A stretch of 28,468 nt of DNA, taken from the NCBI GenBank assembly GCA_033764955.1, contig JANRIL010000007.1, positions 1 through 28,468 of the forward strand, in the 5' to 3' direction. Shown here piece after piece: positions 9,035-19,689 of the stretch. Both the position numbers and the translations under genes were made by a program. Under the pieces are notes generated by a model that worked only from the letters and a program-made list of their open reading frames with translations, ran no database searches and was not told where the DNA came from. This stretch comes from Cyanobacteriota bacterium. GTDB lineage: Bacteria; Cyanobacteriota; Cyanobacteriia; Thermostichales; Thermostichaceae. Within the stretch, counting starts at the first letter, position 1; every line of letters begins with the position of its first letter.

Positions 9035-9094
9035 ATGCTACGATACCGTTCCTTCTGCTGGCTATTAACTTGACCGTAGAGCTGAGGTGTAGTT

Positions 9095-11905
9095 GTGACT
9101 GATGAAAAACTTGCCCACACACTTTTATTGATTGATGGACACTCTCTGGCCTATCGCTCCTTTTATGCCTTTGCCTACAGTCGAGAAGGGGGATTACGCA
9201 CCTCAACAGGGATCCCGACCAGCGTATGCTTTGGCTTTTTGAAATCTCTGCTGGATGTTTTGGATCACGAAAAACCTAGCCATATCGCGGTTGCCTTTGA
9301 TACTCGCCAGCCTACCTTTCGCCATGTAGCTGATGAAACCTATAAAGCAGGTCGCCCTGAAACTCCACCGGAATTTATTGAAGATGTAGAAAATTTGAAA
9401 GAACTTTTGGAGGCACTCCGGATCCCGATTTTGCTGGCACCTGGGTTTGAGGCAGATGATATTTTGGGAACTCTTGCTACCCAAGCGAGAACCAGTCAAT
9501 TAGTCAAAATCCTGAGTGGCGATCAAGATCTTTTTCAGTTAATCGGAAACGATAAACAGGTCTATATTTTGCATCTTAACAACAAAGATAAAATTACTGA
9601 ATTTGGAGCCGAGCAAGTTAAAGAAAAACTGGGGATTTGGCCCTGGCAGGTGGTTGATTATAAAGCCCTTTGTGGAGATAGTTCCGATAATATTCCTGGA
9701 GTAAAAGGTATCGGACAAAAACGAGCCGTAGAATTACTTAATCAATATGAAAACCTTGATGCCATTTTTGCCCATATTGATCAGATGAAAGGGGCGATGA
9801 AAACCCGTTTACTGGAGGGGATCCCTGCCGCTAGGCACTCTCAATTTATGGCGGCAATAAAACTGGATGTGCCACTGACGGTGGACTGGCAGAACATGGC
9901 GCTCACAGGCTTCGATCCTGAGCAGGTGATCCCTTTGCTGGAAAAATTTGAATTCCATAGCCTGATTAGCCGTGTTCAAAAGATGCAAGCCACCCTGGGA
10001 GGGATCCCTTCACCTCCATCCACCCCGCTAACTGAGGAGTCTCCACAGACGGATGAACCAGAGCTAGAGGATAGTGAGGATGCCCTCTGGTTCAATTTTC
10101 CTGCCGCCGTCCCCGCCACCCCCCTGCCCACGGTGCAGATCATTGACACCCCCGCCAAACTGGCAAGTCTGGCTGCCACCCTACGGGCGCAGTCGTCCAT
10201 AGTAGCCTGGGATACAGAGACCACCAGCCTTGATATCCATGCGGCTGAACTGGTGGGAATTGGCTGTTGTTGGAGTCCTCAGGATGTAGCCTATCTTCCG
10301 ATTGGTCATGTCACAGGGCAATGCCTAGACTGGCCAGAGGTCAAAGCCCTTCTAGAACCGATTTGGCAGGATCCCAACTACCCAGAAGCACTGCAAAATA
10401 GCAAATTTGACCAAGGGATCCTGCGTGCTAAGGGAATCCACCTGCGGGGCATTGCCTTTGACCCTATGCTCGCCAGCTATGTTTTAGATCCCGAAACAAG
10501 CCATAATCTCACCGATCTAGCCGCTCATTATCTTCAACTCACCACCCAAAGCTATCAACAATTGGTCGGAAAGAAACAATCTATTGCCGATATTAGCATT
10601 GAAAAAGTTGCTGAATACTGTGGATCTGACGCCTATTGCACATATCAATTGGTACCAATCTTAACCGAAAAACTGCAAGCAGAACCACGCCTCTGGCATC
10701 TATTTCAAAATATAGAAATTCCCTTAGCTAGTATTTTGCAGGATATGGAATGGTGGGGGATCCGCATTGACACCGAATTTCTGGCTCAGTTCTCTCAGGA
10801 ATTACAACAACAATTACAACAGTTAGAGATCCAAGCCTATCAACAAGCGGGCGAAAGCTTTAACCTCAATTCTCCCAAACAACTGGGATCCCTTTTGTTT
10901 GAAAAGCTGAAATTACCTATCCAGAAAACTCGCAAAACCGCTACTGGCTATTCCACAGATGCGGCTGTTTTAGAGAAGCTCGAAGGAGATCATCCAATCA
11001 TTGAAACGATTATTGGTTATCGTACCCTAGCCAAACTCAAGTCTACTTATGTCGATGCTTTGCCGGCATTAGTGAAACCCACTACCAACCGCATACATAC
11101 TGATTTCAATCAAACTGTGACCGCTACCGGTCGGCTGAGTTCCTCCAATCCCAATTTACAAAATATTCCCATTCGCACTGATTTTAGTCGGCGGATTCGG
11201 GCAGCTTTTCTTCCCCAATCGGGCTGGCTTTTGGCGGCAGCAGACTACTCGCAAATTGAGTTGCGAATCTTAGCCCATCTTAGCCAAGAACCAACACTCA
11301 TTCAGGGGTTTCAAAAGGGTGAGGATGTGCATACCCTCACTGCCAAACTATTGCTAGGAAAAGACTCGATCACTTCTGAAGAACGTCGCTTAGCCAAAAC
11401 TATTAATTATGGGGTGATCTACGGTATGGGATCCCAACGCTTTGCACGGGCTACGGGAGTTTCCCTAAGTGAGGCGAAGCGATTTATTGAACAATTTAAT
11501 CAGCAATATGCGGGCATCTTTCGGTATATGCGAGAAACCGAAGCTCAGGTGGAAACCCAAGGCTATGTAGAAACCATTCTGGGGCGGCGACGCTATTTTC
11601 CTAACCTGCATCGCCTGAGCGGCTATCGTAAGCAAGCGGAATTGCGGGCGGCTGTCAATGCACCAATTCAAGGGTCGGCCTCAGACATCATTAAAATGGC
11701 AATGGTCAATTTGCATCAACAATTGCAAAACTTTTCTTCCCGTCTATTGCTTCAAGTGCATGATGAACTGGTGTTTGAGGTGGATCCCCGTGAATGGTCT
11801 AGCCTCGAACCCGTAATTCGCTCCGCCATGGAGGGATCCCTTTCCCTATCGGTTCCCCTGACCGTTGACATTCAGATTGGGCAAAATTGGCAAGAAGCCA
11901 AGTGA
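9095..11905 (+). CDS. polA: DNA polymerase I
   Basis: 5'-3' exonuclease LIDGHSLAYRSF / FEADD / GDSSDNIPGV; 3'-5' exonuclease DTET; polymerase motifs A (DYSQIELR), B (RRLAKTINYG) and C (QVHDEL). GTG start. Confidence 0.98.
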   Translation: MTDEKLAHTLLLIDGHSLAYRSFYAFAYSREGGLRTSTGIPTSVCFGFLKSLLDVLDHEKPSHIAVAFDTRQPTFRHVADETYKAGRPETPPEFIEDVENLKELLEALRIPILLAPGFEADDILGTLATQARTSQLVKILSGDQDLFQLIGNDKQVYILHLNNKDKITEFGAEQVKEKLGIWPWQVVDYKALCGDSSDNIPGVKGIGQKRAVELLNQYENLDAIFAHIDQMKGAMKTRLLEGIPAARHSQFMAAIKLDVPLTVDWQNMALTGFDPEQVIPLLEKFEFHSLISRVQKMQATLGGIPSPPSTPLTEESPQTDEPELEDSEDALWFNFPAAVPATPLPTVQIIDTPAKLASLAATLRAQSSIVAWDTETTSLDIHAAELVGIGCCWSPQDVAYLPIGHVTGQCLDWPEVKALLEPIWQDPNYPEALQNSKFDQGILRAKGIHLRGIAFDPMLASYVLDPETSHNLTDLAAHYLQLTTQSYQQLVGKKQSIADISIEKVAEYCGSDAYCTYQLVPILTEKLQAEPRLWHLFQNIEIPLASILQDMEWWGIRIDTEFLAQFSQELQQQLQQLEIQAYQQAGESFNLNSPKQLGSLLFEKLKLPIQKTRKTATGYSTDAAVLEKLEGDHPIIETIIGYRTLAKLKSTYVDALPALVKPTTNRIHTDFNQTVTATGRLSSSNPNLQNIPIRTDFSRRIRAAFLPQSGWLLAAADYSQIELRILAHLSQEPTLIQGFQKGEDVHTLTAKLLLGKDSITSEERRLAKTINYGVIYGMGSQRFARATGVSLSEAKRFIEQFNQQYAGIFRYMRETEAQVETQGYVETILGRRRYFPNLHRLSGYRKQAELRAAVNAPIQGSASDIIKMAMVNLHQQLQNFSSRLLLQVHDELVFEVDPREWSSLEPVIRSAMEGSLSLSVPLTVDIQIGQNWQEAK

Positions 11906-11952
11906 TTTTCCCGGAGAAAAAGTGACCGTGGGATTAGGATTTTCTGGTTGAT

Positions 11953-12516
11953 TTAAGGCTTGAGGAGATCAGCGTTACCGGGTGGGGGGATCAGCAGGGT
12001 TTCGGCAGGGATCGGGGTAGTAGGGCGCTCAGGGGATCCCGCTGTCGCAGAGGGAGGAATGTAAAGAATAGGGGGGGTGGGATCCCCGCCAAAGGCCGTC
12101 AGCAGGGCATTGAGCAGACTAGCTCGCTCGGAACGGCTGAGAGCCTGAATATGTTGACGATCCCGATGGTAGGGATTCTCCCGAAATAGACTGGCTCCGG
12201 GGTATTCTTGGGCAACCATCGGTTCATTGGCCTCCAGATAGTCTGCTAGGGTTAACTTCCAATCCAAGCGGTTGCTGGGAGATCGCCCCTTGACTTGGAG
12301 ATGATAGAGCATGAGCCGCTTGACAAGGGTATTCTCTGTCGGATCTCCTGCTTCTGGACTGCTGGGGGTATAGGTGTTTTCTAAAGGCAACTGGGGCAAA
12401 CTAGCATAGACTTGTTCTACGGCAGCAGGCACAAGACGCAATTGTCCCCAAGCGGGATCCCCTGGCAGGAGAGCCGTCAACCCGACAATAGTGGTCATGA
12501 GCCAAGCAATCCGCAT
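11953..12516 (-). CDS. Conserved cyanobacterial hypothetical protein with signal peptide
   Basis: Sec-like leader (MRIAW...PAWG|Q), core LPLENTY...NTLVKRL..YH..KGR...RLDWKLTLADYL, Pro-rich tail. Confidence 0.75.
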   Translation of the reverse strand: MRIAWLMTTIVGLTALLPGDPAWGQLRLVPAAVEQVYASLPQLPLENTYTPSSPEAGDPTENTLVKRLMLYHLQVKGRSPSNRLDWKLTLADYLEANEPMVAQEYPGASLFRENPYHRDRQHIQALSRSERASLLNALLTAFGGDPTPPILYIPPSATAGSPERPTTPIPAETLLIPPPGNADLLKP

Positions 12517-12572
12517 GTTTTTGCTAACCTGAAAACGACCAGAACAGACGAAATTATCCTAGCAGAACCCAA

Positions 12573-13259
12573 ATGTTTACCGGACTCATTCAACGATTAG
12601 GTTCGTTGCGAATACTCAATGATTCCCAGGTCAAAATCACCTGTCCCGGCTGGATCGATGATTTAGAGATGGGCGATAGTATTGCGGTTGATGGGGTCTG
12701 TTTGACGGTCACTCACCTATTTTCGGATGGGTTCACGGCTGATGTTTCCCCCGAAACCCTGCAACGATCCACACTGGGCCTCCGTAGGGAATGGGATCCC
12801 TCCATCCCTGTCAATTTAGAGGCATCGTTGCGGGTGGGGCAAAAGGTGGGAGGACACTTTGTGACCGGTCATATCGATGGCATGGGCTATTTGATGGAGA
12901 AAGCGATGACAGGGGAGGCTTGGTTATTAACATTTCAAGCCCCCTCCGAACTGTCTCGCCATATCGTCGAAAAGGGTAGCATTGCCGTGAATGGCATTAG
13001 CTTAACGGTGGCTAGTTTAATGGTGGTTCAGGTGCAGCCGCCAACCCGATATTTTCAGGTAGCTGTTATTCCCCACTCCTATCAATCCACCAATCTGGCT
13101 CATCTTCAGGTTGGGGATCCCGTCAATTTGGAGGGAGATATTTTGAGCAAATATGTGGAGGGAATTTTGCTGGGGAAATCCCCCTCGCTTGAGAGGTTTC
13201 ATCCCGCCCCCTCAGAACCGCTGTCTCTGAGTTTTTTAGCCGAACATGGCTATAGTTGA
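12573..13259 (+). CDS. ribE: Riboflavin synthase (alpha chain)
   Basis: N-terminal MFTGLI, GDSIAVDGVCLTV, GGHFVTGHIDG, KGSIAVNGISLTV, VNLEGD. Confidence 0.96.
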   Translation: MFTGLIQRLGSLRILNDSQVKITCPGWIDDLEMGDSIAVDGVCLTVTHLFSDGFTADVSPETLQRSTLGLRREWDPSIPVNLEASLRVGQKVGGHFVTGHIDGMGYLMEKAMTGEAWLLTFQAPSELSRHIVEKGSIAVNGISLTVASLMVVQVQPPTRYFQVAVIPHSYQSTNLAHLQVGDPVNLEGDILSKYVEGILLGKSPSLERFHPAPSEPLSLSFLAEHGYS

Positions 13260-13260
13260 C

Positions 13261-13286
13261 GGTCAAGAGGGGATCCCTTCTCGGCT
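13261..13286. terminator. Hairpin between convergent ribE and cphA, centred on a GGGATCCC
   Basis: GGTC-A-AGAGGG-GATC-CCTTCT-C-GGCT imperfect stem directly after the ribE stop. Confidence 0.3.
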
Positions 13287-13375
13287 GGTTATAGGGTACA
13301 GAGATGGAGGGCATCCCCAGGCCGGAGGCTCTCGGCTCCAACCCTAGGGATCCCGAATCCTTCACAGCTTTCTCT

Positions 13376-16120
13376 CTAGACGGATTCCGTTAAATTGGAG
13401 GTTTCCCGATCAACCCCTTTACCGTTGATGGGTTCGGCATGAGGGGCTACCGCCAGAGTGCCATAGGAGGATCCCCGATAGTTGGGCTTGGGGTTGAGCA
13501 AATCTTGGTAGCGGGTAATGATGCGGATCGTCCGTTGCACATCCGCCGGAAAAATCACCACCAGATCTCCAGCCTGAGCCTGTTGTAAGCTCGCTTCGAT
13601 GGCGGTCGCCTCCTCCAAAATTTCCTGTAAGGCCGCCTTTCCGTCGGGACTAGATTTTTCCTCTTGCCAGCCCTGGCGGATCAACTGCGCCACCTCACCG
13701 GGGGCACGTCCCCGCCGATCATCGTCTTCTTTGACAATCGCCCGATCAAACATGCGAGCCGCCAGCACGCCCAACTCGGTTAGATCTTGATCCCGCCGAT
13801 CCCCTGGCCCGCCGATCACGCCTATTTTCTGGCGGCAATCCCAACGGGCTAGAGTGGCTTGAATCGCTTCATATCCGGCGGCATTGTGGGCGTAGTCCAC
13901 CAACACCTGATACCCCCCCACATCAAACAAGTTCAAGCGCCCCGGCGTTTGGGCGACGGAACTCGTGAAAGTGCCAAGCGCCATGCGAATATCATCAATC
14001 GATACGCCATGCAGAAACGTCGCTAACGTAGCGGCCAGCGCATTTTGAATCATAAAGCTGGCTTTGCCGGAGAGGGTAAGGGGGATATTGATCACCTGCT
14101 CAATCCGCAACTTCCAACCCCGCTTGAGAATGGAAATATAGCCCTCTTCGTAGACCGCCGCCGTGCCTCCAGCCGCTACATGCTCCTGAATCAGGGGATT
14201 ATCAGGATCCATGCTGAAATGGGCCACCGTAGCTTTAACGTTTTCGGCCATCGCTGCCACTAGTCCGTCGTCGGCGTTGAGAATGGCATAACCGCTTTCT
14301 TGCACAGCTTCCACCAACACCGCCTTAACTCTCGCCATATCTTCGAGGGTATGGATGTCGCCGATCCCCAAATGGTCGGAGGTGACATTCAACACAACAG
14401 CAATATCGCACTCGGTAAAGCCCAGTCCCTCCCGCAAAATGCCTCCCCGCGCTGTTTCTAGTACCGCCACTTCTACGGTGGGATCCCGTAGCACAATGCG
14501 GGCGCTGTAGGGGCCGGTCATATCCCCTTTAGCAATTTGGTGGTTTTGAATATAGACCCCATCGGTGGTGGTGAAGCCAATCCGCTTGCCGATCCCTTTG
14601 ATGATGTGGGCAATCAGACGAGTGGTGGTGGTTTTGCCGTTGGTGCCCGTGACCGCGATGATCGGGATGCGGGTTTGGGATCCGGGGGGGAAGAGCATAT
14701 CGATGATCGGCTCCGCCACGTTGCGGGGGATCCCTTCACTGGGAGCAAGGTGCATCCGCAGACCAGGAGAAGCATTGATTTCCACGATAGCGCCGCCATT
14801 TTCGTTGACGGGAACGGTGATATCCGGACAGATCAGATCAATACCCGCCACATCCAAGCCAACAATCTGGGCGGCTCGTTCGGCGATGAAGATGTTGTAG
14901 GGGTGAATGATATCGGTGCAATCGACGGCCACTCCCCCCGTGCTCAAATTGGCGGTGGATTTGAGGGTGCAATGTTCTCCCACGGGCAACACGGTGTCGA
15001 GGGTGTAGCCTTTGCGCTCCAGGATGCGCGTCGTCATGTCATCCACGCTGATCTGGGTCAAAACATTTTCATGTCCATAGCCGCGGCGCGGATCCGTATT
15101 GATCTGGTCGATCAACTCCTGAATGGTGGAGCGCCCATCCCCCAAAACATAGGCCGGGATCCGCTTGGCGACCGCCCGCAGTTTGTTGTTGATCACCAGC
15201 AGGCGATAGTCATGACCCACCACATGTTTTTCTACTAAAACGGTGGGGGAGAAGGCTTTGGCAGCATCATAGGCCACCTGGGCGGCCTCTAGGCTTTGGA
15301 TATCGACGGTGATGCCCTTGCCATGATTGGCGTTGAGGGGCTTGATCACCACGGGGAACCCCCCCACATCCTTGATGGTGGCCTCCAGTTCATCGGCATA
15401 GCGCACGGTATAGCCCAATGGAACTGGGATCCCCATATCTTTGAGCAATTCTTTGGTGGCGCGTTTGTCACAGGCAATATCGGTGGCAATGATACTGGTT
15501 TTTTCGGTGGTGGTGGCCTCCACCCGCTTTTGATAGATGCCGTAGCCCAATTGCACTAGGGATCCCGCGTTGATGCGGATGTGGGGAATGCCCCGCAAAG
15601 TGGCTTCATCGAGCAAGGACTGAGTGCTAGGACCAAAGCGAACTTTTTCCCGAATTTCCCGCAACTCCTGGATGTCTAGGTCGAGATCCCGCCGATAGGA
15701 TTCTCCTTGCACAAGAGCTTGGCAGAGATAAACCGCCGCTTTGGCGGCAAATCGACCCGCTTCCGCCTCTTTATACTCAAAAACCACGTTATATACCCCA
15801 GAAACATGGGTTTCACGGGTTCGCCCAAAGTCAACGGGCATCCCTGCCATGGTTTGCAATTCCAGCGCCACATGCTCAATCACATGCCCCATCCAGGTGC
15901 CTTCCTCCACCCGCTGCAAAAACCCCCCATAACATCCCCGTGAACAGTGGTGCTCCCACAATCCCGGCAGCAGAGCTTCTAGTCCCTGCCGAAAACCAGG
16001 AATCTCATTGGTGGGGCGATCCCGCAAATCCTCCAAATCAAGGCGCATCTGAATCAAATGCTGCCGACGGATGCTCCAATAGTTCGGGCCATTAAGAACA
16101 CGCAGAGAGAGAATACGCAT
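13376..16120 (-). CDS. cphA: Cyanophycin synthetase CphA1
   Basis: N-terminal GPNYWSIRR, HVIEHVALELQ, ATP-grasp domain (VIKPLNANHGKG, EINASPG), Mur-ligase domain (VTGTNGKTTT, ETARGG, DYAHN). Confidence 0.97.
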   Translation of the reverse strand: MRILSLRVLNGPNYWSIRRQHLIQMRLDLEDLRDRPTNEIPGFRQGLEALLPGLWEHHCSRGCYGGFLQRVEEGTWMGHVIEHVALELQTMAGMPVDFGRTRETHVSGVYNVVFEYKEAEAGRFAAKAAVYLCQALVQGESYRRDLDLDIQELREIREKVRFGPSTQSLLDEATLRGIPHIRINAGSLVQLGYGIYQKRVEATTTEKTSIIATDIACDKRATKELLKDMGIPVPLGYTVRYADELEATIKDVGGFPVVIKPLNANHGKGITVDIQSLEAAQVAYDAAKAFSPTVLVEKHVVGHDYRLLVINNKLRAVAKRIPAYVLGDGRSTIQELIDQINTDPRRGYGHENVLTQISVDDMTTRILERKGYTLDTVLPVGEHCTLKSTANLSTGGVAVDCTDIIHPYNIFIAERAAQIVGLDVAGIDLICPDITVPVNENGGAIVEINASPGLRMHLAPSEGIPRNVAEPIIDMLFPPGSQTRIPIIAVTGTNGKTTTTRLIAHIIKGIGKRIGFTTTDGVYIQNHQIAKGDMTGPYSARIVLRDPTVEVAVLETARGGILREGLGFTECDIAVVLNVTSDHLGIGDIHTLEDMARVKAVLVEAVQESGYAILNADDGLVAAMAENVKATVAHFSMDPDNPLIQEHVAAGGTAAVYEEGYISILKRGWKLRIEQVINIPLTLSGKASFMIQNALAATLATFLHGVSIDDIRMALGTFTSSVAQTPGRLNLFDVGGYQVLVDYAHNAAGYEAIQATLARWDCRQKIGVIGGPGDRRDQDLTELGVLAARMFDRAIVKEDDDRRGRAPGEVAQLIRQGWQEEKSSPDGKAALQEILEEATAIEASLQQAQAGDLVVIFPADVQRTIRIITRYQDLLNPKPNYRGSSYGTLAVAPHAEPINGKGVDRETSNLTESV

Positions 16121-16461
16121 ACAGACAGACGCTCAGAGGAAAAATGGGATGAACGGGAACCGAGGATAGCTTCAGGATAATAACGAATGATGACAAGTGA
16201 GAACCCTGCCATACTCTACACTCCCTTTAGGTGCGATGGAAAAGAGTGTATTCAGATACTTTCTCTCCGACCAATGGCTGGGCTAGCTTTCCTTTTTCGG
16301 TTCCTCTCCTTAAGTTCGCTATGGGCAGCCGAGAACTCAGTCTGAAGCATTAAGGGAAGTGGGCATGGCTGTCACCACTATCCTGGGGCAAGCGCGGGAT
16401 AAAGCAAGATAAACTGTGAAAGCGAATCCTGCAATGTTCTTGAGGCGTGGGTTGAGATCTC

Positions 16462-18609
16462 ATGGTTGCTTTTTTGTTGGAAGTCGGAGCGGAGGAATTG
16501 CCCGCTAGTTTTGTGGATAGCGCCGTCGCCCAATGGCAACAACGGATCCCGGCCAGCTTGCAGGAGGCGGAGTTAGCGCATGAGTCGATGCAGGTTTTTG
16601 CCACCCCTCGCCGTCTTGCGGTTGTGATTGAGGGTTTACCGACCCAACAACCGGATCGGATCTTGGAGATCAAAGGTCCACCTGTGAGCGTGGCCTATCA
16701 GGAGGAACAACTGACAGCAGCGGGTTTGGGGTTTGCCCAGAAGCAAAAGGTGGATCCGGCCAGCTTGCAAATTCGTCACACGGATAAGGGATCCTTTGTC
16801 TTTGCGGTGCAGGAGATTTCTGGACAGGCCACCGCCACCGTCTTGACCCGCTTAGCCCCCACCTGGATCACAGGACTGACGGGGGAGCGGTTGATGCGTT
16901 GGGGATCCCATGACCTCAAGTTTCCCCGTCCGATTCGCTGGTTGGTGGCGCTGCTAGAGGATCAGATCCTGCCGATTCACCTGGTCACCTCCGAGCAACA
17001 CCCGCAACAAGGGATCCCGGCGGGTCGGATCAGTCAAGGCCATCGAGTCTTGCACCCGCAACCCGTGGTGATCGGCCATGCCCGTGACTATTCCCAAGCC
17101 CTGGTAGCGGCCTATGTGCAGCCCGATTGTCAACAACGGCAAGCCAGCATTCAGAAACAAGTAGAAGCCCTTGCCCAGTCCGCTCAAGGTCGGGCAGAAA
17201 TTTTGCCTGAGCTATTGGCGGAAGTCACCCAACTGGTGGAGTGGCCGACAGCGGTGTTGGGATCCTTTGACCGCGAGTTTTTGTCCTTGCCGGTGGCGGT
17301 GATCAAAACCGTGATGGTGACTCATCAACGCTATTTCCCTGTTTATGATCAGGCGCAACCGGAGCATCTGAGACCCCACTTCATCACCATAGCCAATGGG
17401 GATCCCGCCAAAGCTGCCATTATCGCAGCGGGCAACAGTCGGGTGGTGCGGGCGCGCCTAGCCGATGCCCAGTTTTTCTATCGAGAAGACCAAAAGCAAC
17501 CCCTGGAGAAGAATCTGGAATCACTAGCCAAGGTTACCTTTGTCGAAAACCTGGGATCCATGCGGGACAAGGTGGAGCGGATTCAGGAGATTTGCCGATG
17601 GATAGGTAAGTATTTGGAGCTACCCTCCACCGACCAACAGTCAATTGACCGTACTGCCCTTTTATGCAAAGCCGATCTGGTCTGTCAGATGGTGTTTGAA
17701 TTTCCTGAGTTGCAGGGGGTGATGGGATCCGACTATGCCCGTCACGCTGGGGAACCGAGCGCCGTGGTGGAGGGGATTGCTCAGCACTATTGGCCGTTGG
17801 GGGCGGGGGATCCCTTACCCACCAGTTTGACGGGGCAAGTGGTGGGGATTGCCGATCGCCTCGATTCGCTAGTAGGTTTATTTAAGTTGGGCAAAATCCC
17901 CAGTGGTTCCTCCGACCGTTTTGCCCTGCGCCGTGCCGCCAACAGCATTCTCCTGATCCTCTGGCAGGCTCAACTGCCATTGCCTCTCGCGGCCTTGCTC
18001 CAGCAGGTTGTAGACAGCTATGCCGCTACTCAACCGGATACCCTACGGCTCCTGGGAGAGTTTTTAGTTCAGCGGATGCAAACCCTCATGCAGGAAGAGC
18101 ATGGCTTGGATGCTGATGTTGTGAAGGCTGTGATCGGCGAGCCGGGATCCGATTTGGCCGAACGCGCCCTGCATCAACCTGTGGCGGCTCTTCAGCAAGC
18201 CAAATTTTTGCAACAGCTCCGCCAATCCGGTCGATTGCAGCAGCTTTATCCCACCCTCAACCGCGTCAGCCGTCTGGCGGCGCAAGGCCAGTTGGATGCC
18301 CAGGTGCGGGATCCGGCGGCGGTGATTAAGCCACAGATCCTCAAAGATCCCGCTGAAAAAGCCCTCTGGCAGGCTTGTCAAGCGGTAGCGCAAGCAGCAG
18401 CCCAAGCGGAGCAGCAGCAGGATTTTCAACTGTTGGTGACCGCTTTGCAAAAAGCCACCCCAACCATTGATCAGTTTTTTGAAGCAGTCTTGGTGATGGA
18501 TCCGGATCCCAACATCAAAGACAACCGTCTCAATCTTTTGGGCATTCTGCGGAATAACGCCCGTCTGCTGGGGGATTTTTCTGCCATCGTCATGGCGGGG
18601 GAAAGTTGA
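16462..18609 (+). CDS. glyS: Glycine--tRNA ligase beta subunit
   Basis: FLLEVGAEELP, ATPRRLA, MRWG..F.RPIRWL, HQRYFP, RARLADA, EFPELQGVMG, SSDRFALRR, NRLNLL. Confidence 0.97.
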   Translation: MVAFLLEVGAEELPASFVDSAVAQWQQRIPASLQEAELAHESMQVFATPRRLAVVIEGLPTQQPDRILEIKGPPVSVAYQEEQLTAAGLGFAQKQKVDPASLQIRHTDKGSFVFAVQEISGQATATVLTRLAPTWITGLTGERLMRWGSHDLKFPRPIRWLVALLEDQILPIHLVTSEQHPQQGIPAGRISQGHRVLHPQPVVIGHARDYSQALVAAYVQPDCQQRQASIQKQVEALAQSAQGRAEILPELLAEVTQLVEWPTAVLGSFDREFLSLPVAVIKTVMVTHQRYFPVYDQAQPEHLRPHFITIANGDPAKAAIIAAGNSRVVRARLADAQFFYREDQKQPLEKNLESLAKVTFVENLGSMRDKVERIQEICRWIGKYLELPSTDQQSIDRTALLCKADLVCQMVFEFPELQGVMGSDYARHAGEPSAVVEGIAQHYWPLGAGDPLPTSLTGQVVGIADRLDSLVGLFKLGKIPSGSSDRFALRRAANSILLILWQAQLPLPLAALLQQVVDSYAATQPDTLRLLGEFLVQRMQTLMQEEHGLDADVVKAVIGEPGSDLAERALHQPVAALQQAKFLQQLRQSGRLQQLYPTLNRVSRLAAQGQLDAQVRDPAAVIKPQILKDPAEKALWQACQAVAQAAAQAEQQQDFQLLVTALQKATPTIDQFFEAVLVMDPDPNIKDNRLNLLGILRNNARLLGDFSAIVMAGES

Positions 18610-18613
18610 ACTG

Positions 18614-19540
18614 ATGGAATCACCGGATAAGACCCAAGCCCAACAATGGCTGGGGCTGTCTCTCTTGGTGCTGCCCGCCCTCCTCTGGGGCACTGTCGGG
18701 GTTTCGATTCGTTGGCTGTATGGATTGGCGGATACCAATGCCCTCTCGATTGGCTTTTGGCGGATGGGGATTGCCGCCCCTCTGCTGCTGGGATCCGCCT
18801 ACTGGCTTGTGGGGAAACGATTTTGGCAGGTGCAGGGATCCCATCTCTGGCTGATGCTGCTGCATGGGGGGATGATGGCACTCTATCAAGTCTGTACCTT
18901 TGCGGCGATTGGGCGGGTGGGAGTTGCCGTAGCGATCCTGTTGGCACTCTGTTTAGCCCCAGTTGTGGTGGCGATTTTGTCCAGCTTCTGGTTGCGAGAA
19001 CGCCTGACGGCCACGGTAGCGATGGCGGGGGGGCTGGCGGTGCTGGGGTCTGCTCTCTTAGTCAATGTGCCACCCACAAGCCTTCATCTGGGGGGAGAGT
19101 TTGCTCTGGGGGTGGGATTGGCCTGTGCTGCCGCTTTTTGTTATGCGGTCGTGGTCTTGGTCAGCCGCCTCTTGGCGCAGCACTATCACCCTCTGCACAC
19201 CCTCAGCATTAGTTTTAGCTTGAGCGCGGTGATATTATTGCCTTTTGCGTTGGCGACCCAGTTGGTGGTTAGCTATTCTCCCTTAGGGTGGGGGGTATTG
19301 GTCTATTTGGGGGTGATCACGACGGTGGTTGCCTATGGGCTTTTTCTCTCCGGCATTCGCTATGCCACAGCTACGGTAGCCAGTGTAGTAACGCTGCTGG
19401 AACCCTTGATGGCCACGTTGCTGGCTTGGCTGTTTTTTGCTGAGCAATTGAGTCAGAAGGGGTGGATCGGGGCACTCCTGTTGCTGTTGGCGGTAGTCTT
19501 GCTCTATCAGCCCTCCGCTTCTCAAGCCAGAAGTTCTTGA
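18614..19540 (+). CDS. DMT/EamA-family transporter
   Basis: About 10 hydrophobic helices in two repeats, with LLWG, WLRERL and TLLEP...FFAEQL motifs. Starts 4 nt after the glyS stop. Confidence 0.9.
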   Translation: MESPDKTQAQQWLGLSLLVLPALLWGTVGVSIRWLYGLADTNALSIGFWRMGIAAPLLLGSAYWLVGKRFWQVQGSHLWLMLLHGGMMALYQVCTFAAIGRVGVAVAILLALCLAPVVVAILSSFWLRERLTATVAMAGGLAVLGSALLVNVPPTSLHLGGEFALGVGLACAAAFCYAVVVLVSRLLAQHYHPLHTLSISFSLSAVILLPFALATQLVVSYSPLGWGVLVYLGVITTVVAYGLFLSGIRYATATVASVVTLLEPLMATLLAWLFFAEQLSQKGWIGALLLLLAVVLLYQPSASQARSS

Positions 19541-19689
19541 TAAAACACTCTCAATCAGTGGAGGTAAGGATCCTCAGACACAATGCCAGCAGGTTCGATC
19601 CGTCTGCTGTATTGGGGTTCAAGACTTATGCAAAAACTATGGTGTAGTTTCTCTATGAGATAGCGTTACCTCAAAAGGACTAGCCAAAC

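Noticed and set aside
9095..11905. Possible intein or unusual insertion in polA
   Set aside because: Length and motif order are normal; only an acidic, Pro-rich interdomain linker is present.
14537..15238. Long ORFs antisense to or overlapping real genes (also 564-1118, 1287-1790, 2846-3274, 18064-18738, 18646-19212)
   Set aside because: They are shadow frames of well-supported genes with no protein-family motifs.
16462..18609. glyS without adjacent glyQ
   Set aside because: Separation of the two subunit genes is common in cyanobacteria.
19587..19609. CAGCAGGTTCGATCCGTCTGCTG upstream of cas3, resembling a tRNA T-arm or a degenerate CRISPR repeat
   Set aside because: No cloverleaf, only a short gapped match to the repeat, and no second repeat to define a mini-array.
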